From: an uncultured Bdellovibrio sp.
GTDB lineage: Bacteria; Bdellovibrionota; Bdellovibrionia; Bdellovibrionales; Bdellovibrionaceae
Length of the DNA stretch: 64,000 nt
Assembly (NCBI GenBank): GCA_963932905.1
Contig: CAWVRN010000001.1
Coordinates: 448,001 to 512,000 of the forward strand
Direction of reading: 5' to 3'
Shown here: positions 60,487-64,000 of the stretch, piece after piece
How positions within the stretch are numbered: position 1 is the first letter of the stretch
Layout: each line of letters opens with the position of its first letter
The notes under the pieces: generated by a model
Databases searched by the model: none
Seen by the model: only the letters and a program-made list of their open reading frames with translations
What the model was told of the DNA's origin: nothing
Position numbers and translations under genes: made by a program

Positions 60487-62322
60487 ATGTTTAAGCGAAT
60501 ACTAGAGACAACAATTCTAAGCTTAGCAATTTTGATCTCTAGCTGTGCACATAAGGGAAGTTCATCGGATGGTTCCTACTACAAAGAGTCTTCTTATCGT
60601 GATGGTAATACGGCTCCCAAACAGTTTACACCGCCAGCGTTGTTAACAGAATCAGATAAAATGGATCCATTCTATGTGCGAACTCAAGCGGATTATCATT
60701 ACTCATTAGGTGAAGCGTACTCTTTGGAAGGTCAAACTCAGAAGGCGGTTGAGTCATTTCAGACCGTGTTAGTTTACGATGCGAATTCATCCAGTGTGAG
60801 AACGCGTTTAGCGAAAGAGTATCTGAAACTTGGACAAATCAACAAATCGATCGAGCAAGTTAAATTTGTCATAGAAAAAAACGGTGATAACAAAGATGCA
60901 CGATTATTATTGGCTGGTTTGTACACTACAATTCGTTCCTACCCACAAGCGATTGAACAATACGAATTTGTTTTAAATAAATACCCTGACTACTACGAAG
61001 CTAATATTTACTTAGCGGCAGTGTATTCGGAAACTCAGCAGTACGAAAAATCAGTGAAATTGTTTGAAAAAGTATTGGTTTTACCAGACTACGCAAACAA
61101 GCACCTGATTCACTATTACATTGGTAGAATCCGCGAGGAAGAAAATGCAGAGAAGAATTTTAAATTAGCGGAACAAAGCTATAAAAAATCAATGGAATTG
61201 AAACCAGAATTCGTGGACGCCGTGATAGCACTGGGTGCTTTGTATAAAAACCAAAAGCAAGATGCCAAAGCGATGGCTTTATATCAATCATTCCAAAAGA
61301 CTAAAGGGCCTAATGTTAAAATTGCAGAAATATTGTCACAAATGTACATCGAGCAACAAAAATTCGATGAAGCGTTTGAACAATTAGAAGTGTTAGAAGC
61401 GCAAACGGACGATCCGTTGGCAATCAAAGTAAGAATGGCACTTATCCTGATCGAAAAGAAAATGTTCGATCGAGCGATTGGGAAATTGGAAGAGATTCTA
61501 AGAATTGCGCCAGAGTCTGATAAAATTCGTTTCTACTTAGCGGCGGTTTACGAAGAAACTAAGAAAGATGAAATGGCGGTTAACCATTATCTGAAAATTC
61601 AACCTTCAAGTCCTTTCTATGGCGAATCAATGGTTCACGCTGGCTATTTATTAAAAAATATAGGTCAGCTGGATAAAGCCGTAACCGTATTGGCCAAAGC
61701 CTACGAAAATAAAAAGGACTATCCACAAATCTATGCGATGTATGCCTCGTTGTTGGATGAAGCTAAGGACTATAAAAAAGCACTTGAAGTTTTAGGTGTT
61801 GGTTTAGAGAAATACCCAGACAATGCTCAATTACATTTTTACTATGGAACTATTTATGATCGTACGGGTGATAAAGAAAAAGTTATCGCAAATATGCAGA
61901 AGGTGATCGAACTAGATCCAAATCATTCGCAAGGTTTGAATTATTTAGCATTCACTTGGGCAGAAATGGATAAAAATATGGACGAAGCGGAAAAATTAGC
62001 TCGCAGGGCGGTTACGCTGGATCCAGAAGATGGTTACATATTAGATACGCTAGGATGGATTCTGTTCAAGCGTGGTAACAAAAAAGAAGCGTTGAAGTTT
62101 CTTGAAGCCGCTAGCAAATTTCAACCAACTGTGGGAATTATTGCGGAACATTTAGGTGATATTTACCGTGATCTTTCAATGGTTGAAAAAGCTAAATCGA
62201 TGTATAAAAAGGCATTTGATTTAGAAATCGATAAAAAGAAAGCCAAAGAATTGGAGCAGAAAATTCTAGCGATCGAAAATCAAGCCGTTCCAGAGCGTAC
62301 TCCGGCCAGTATAGGGAAATAG
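60487..62322 (+). CDS. TPR-repeat lipoprotein
   Basis: Lipobox ISSC; many TPRs; C-terminal LNYLAFTWAE..ILDTLGW..EHLGD pattern. Confidence 0.9.
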   Translation: MFKRILETTILSLAILISSCAHKGSSSDGSYYKESSYRDGNTAPKQFTPPALLTESDKMDPFYVRTQADYHYSLGEAYSLEGQTQKAVESFQTVLVYDANSSSVRTRLAKEYLKLGQINKSIEQVKFVIEKNGDNKDARLLLAGLYTTIRSYPQAIEQYEFVLNKYPDYYEANIYLAAVYSETQQYEKSVKLFEKVLVLPDYANKHLIHYYIGRIREEENAEKNFKLAEQSYKKSMELKPEFVDAVIALGALYKNQKQDAKAMALYQSFQKTKGPNVKIAEILSQMYIEQQKFDEAFEQLEVLEAQTDDPLAIKVRMALILIEKKMFDRAIGKLEEILRIAPESDKIRFYLAAVYEETKKDEMAVNHYLKIQPSSPFYGESMVHAGYLLKNIGQLDKAVTVLAKAYENKKDYPQIYAMYASLLDEAKDYKKALEVLGVGLEKYPDNAQLHFYYGTIYDRTGDKEKVIANMQKVIELDPNHSQGLNYLAFTWAEMDKNMDEAEKLARRAVTLDPEDGYILDTLGWILFKRGNKKEALKFLEAASKFQPTVGIIAEHLGDIYRDLSMVEKAKSMYKKAFDLEIDKKKAKELEQKILAIENQAVPERTPASIGK

Positions 62323-62434
62323 TCCCCGCTGCCGTTCAGTTTCAAAAATAACGAAACAATTTGTCTTATATATTAAGGATAGGTTGTTTCTTTTTTCTTG
62401 TTAAGATCGCAGATTGCTGAGTATTCTTTGAGCC

Positions 62435-63070
62435 ATGATGAAATGGTTTTCAATATTGATTCTAGTGTTGCCTCTATTAAATATTAGCTGTGCAATGAAA
62501 ATGAAAAAAGACGGTTCTGATTCTTTAGGCGGTGATGAGCTTAAAGGAACGCCGATGAGTTGGGAAACCAAAGCCGCAATTCGGGACATTCGAAAAAACA
62601 AAACCAATCAAGTAACTATCGATATGGTTGCGATTAAAAATCAAAAATTGCGGTTGGAAGCTTCAGCTACATTGGGTTATCAAGTTGGTTCATTAGTTAT
62701 GAGTCCAAATGAATTTATCGCGGTGATTTATCCGCATAAGAAAATTTTTAAGGGCCCACTGAATGAACGCAGTTTGGCCAAGACATTTAATATTCCAATT
62801 CCGCCAACGGCTTTGTATGCTATTGCTTATGACGAGCCCATTCGTGGTTGGAAATGCCAGTTTGATGCGAACAAAGTTGTCAGTTTATGTGACGGCGGAG
62901 TTTCTAAAGTGGAATGGTTGAACAGGAAAGAAGGCTCCAAGCTGATTAAAATTTCGTCGGCGACAATTGAAATAACGTGGTTTTTCAAAGCGCCAGAGCC
63001 TAAAGAGTTAACTCCGGAATTATTTGTGGCTGAATTACCTAACGGTTATCAAGTTCAAGAACTTAAATAG
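62435..63070 (+). CDS. Lipoprotein with a possible LolB/DUF4292-like fold
   Basis: Lipobox NISC; 'LRLEASATLGYQV' and 'FVAELPNGY' resemble LolA/LolB-fold patterns; follows the TPR gene. Confidence 0.55.
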   Translation: MMKWFSILILVLPLLNISCAMKMKKDGSDSLGGDELKGTPMSWETKAAIRDIRKNKTNQVTIDMVAIKNQKLRLEASATLGYQVGSLVMSPNEFIAVIYPHKKIFKGPLNERSLAKTFNIPIPPTALYAIAYDEPIRGWKCQFDANKVVSLCDGGVSKVEWLNRKEGSKLIKISSATIEITWFFKAPEPKELTPELFVAELPNGYQVQELK

Positions 63071-63074
63071 TTTT

Positions 63075-63422
63075 CTAAGTTCGTTTTCTTTTCTTAAGAA
63101 AATTAAATAGAAATTTCAGAGTGGGCCAAAACACGATTGCCACCAACGCCCAGCCTGCAGTAACTCCAATTGAGGCTCCCGGCGTTCCTCCTAAATAAGC
63201 AATGCCCATCCCAATCACTGGCATTGGGAAAACGAACATAAAAAACAAGCTCAAAGCCGCCAATATTCCACATTGTATGTAGGGAATTGTCGCGGGGGTT
63301 GTTTTACGCCACCATTGAAATGCAAAGATGAGTGGAATCAGCATTCCGATAATCAATGTCGATATAAACTGAGCCGAAAAGACAGCTGCTGGAGTCCAAG
63401 TCATCATTATACTCTCGACCAT
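63075..63422 (-). CDS. Small integral membrane protein
   Basis: 115 aa with about 3 hydrophobic helices and a basic C-terminus. Confidence 0.6.
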   Translation of the reverse strand: MVESIMMTWTPAAVFSAQFISTLIIGMLIPLIFAFQWWRKTTPATIPYIQCGILAALSLFFMFVFPMPVIGMGIAYLGGTPGASIGVTAGWALVAIVFWPTLKFLFNFLKKRKRT

Positions 63423-63672
63423 ATCGTTATTAGTTGTAAGCTAAATCGCATATGTTCATTCTAAAAACGATTTCAGTTACATAAGTCAAAGTTATACAAA
63501 AGATAAAAATCTCATTTAGACTCGACCAAGGGTTGGCTAAAATCAAATAATTGTGAAATTTCATTTATCAATTACTAACCTAAATCAAGTTTGGCATAAT
63601 CTAAGTATAGAACCACTAGCAGCCATTTATCGAATGGTTGCCTGTTGTTCATTTGAATCCAGGGAGTGATTT

Positions 63673-64000
63673 ATGAGCGACAATATCAATTTTAGTTCCA
63701 TAGTTCAAAATTGGAAAAATACAAGCCAGACATCAAAGATGCATTGGTCAGGGACTCTGGACGAATACCTGAAAATGGTAAAACAAAATCCGAAAATTAC
63801 TCGCAACGCCTTTCAACGTATGTACGACATGATCGTCGAATCGGGCAGCGAAAAATATATTGATTTCAAAAAAGAAGTTGTTCGCTATAAATTCTTCGAC
63901 GATGCAGCTAACAACGGTAAAGATGCCGTCTTTGGATTAGATATCATGTTGATGAAACTAGTGAACGTGCTTAAAGCCGCAGCGCTAGGTTACGGAACGG
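63673..64000 (+). CDS. prkA: PrkA/YeaG-family serine kinase, 5' part only
   Basis: Not in the ORF track; GGGAG RBS; translated by hand: MSDNINF..WSGTLDEYL..RNAFQRMYDMI..RYKFFDD..VFGLD..LVNVLKAAALGYGT. Confidence 0.88.
   Translation, partial: MSDNINFSSIVQNWKNTSQTSKMHWSGTLDEYLKMVKQNPKITRNAFQRMYDMIVESGSEKYIDFKKEVVRYKFFDDAANNGKDAVFGLDIMLMKLVNVLKAAALGYGT

Noticed and set aside
63591..63641. Sigma54 promoter and leader hairpin for prkA
   Set aside because: TTGGCA is present but the -12 TTGC is not; the 9-bp hairpin at 63619-63641 is too generic to call.

Overview
A 64-kb, gene-dense, AT-rich bacterial chromosome segment. The best taxonomic fit is Bdellovibrionota or a related delta-type lineage, inferred from gene content: a stand-alone mreB, an orphan PhaR-type regulator, many orphan lipoproteins and several FliA-type promoters. 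I saw no rRNA, tRNA, CRISPR array, prophage or IS element. Main blocks: (1) a purine catabolism cluster at 1.3-12.6 kb (guanine deaminase, xdhABC, HIU hydrolase, PuuD and a ~1550-aa four-domain fusion); (2) Rrf2-sufBCDS-Nfu; (3) secreted proteins and orphan histidine kinases; (4) clpPX, pepA, a heterodimeric ABC exporter, glpD and lysC; (5) mreB with a degenerate sigma/anti-sigma-like pair; (6) a MotA/MotB-like pair and a beta-rich exported protein; (7) lpoB, STAS-CheX, a PhaR-like gene, a TPR lipoprotein and a partial prkA. Top candidate: the fusion joins malate synthase, OHCU decarboxylase, a beta-lactamase-fold serine hydrolase and allantoicase. The serine hydrolase occupies the position of the allantoinase step, which is missing from the window, so it may be a new non-homologous allantoinase. 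Second candidate: a stator-like MotAB whose MotB has a long coiled coil and a YfaP/DUF2135-like domain instead of the OmpA-like peptidoglycan anchor. All domain calls come from recognising motifs by eye; no searches were run.
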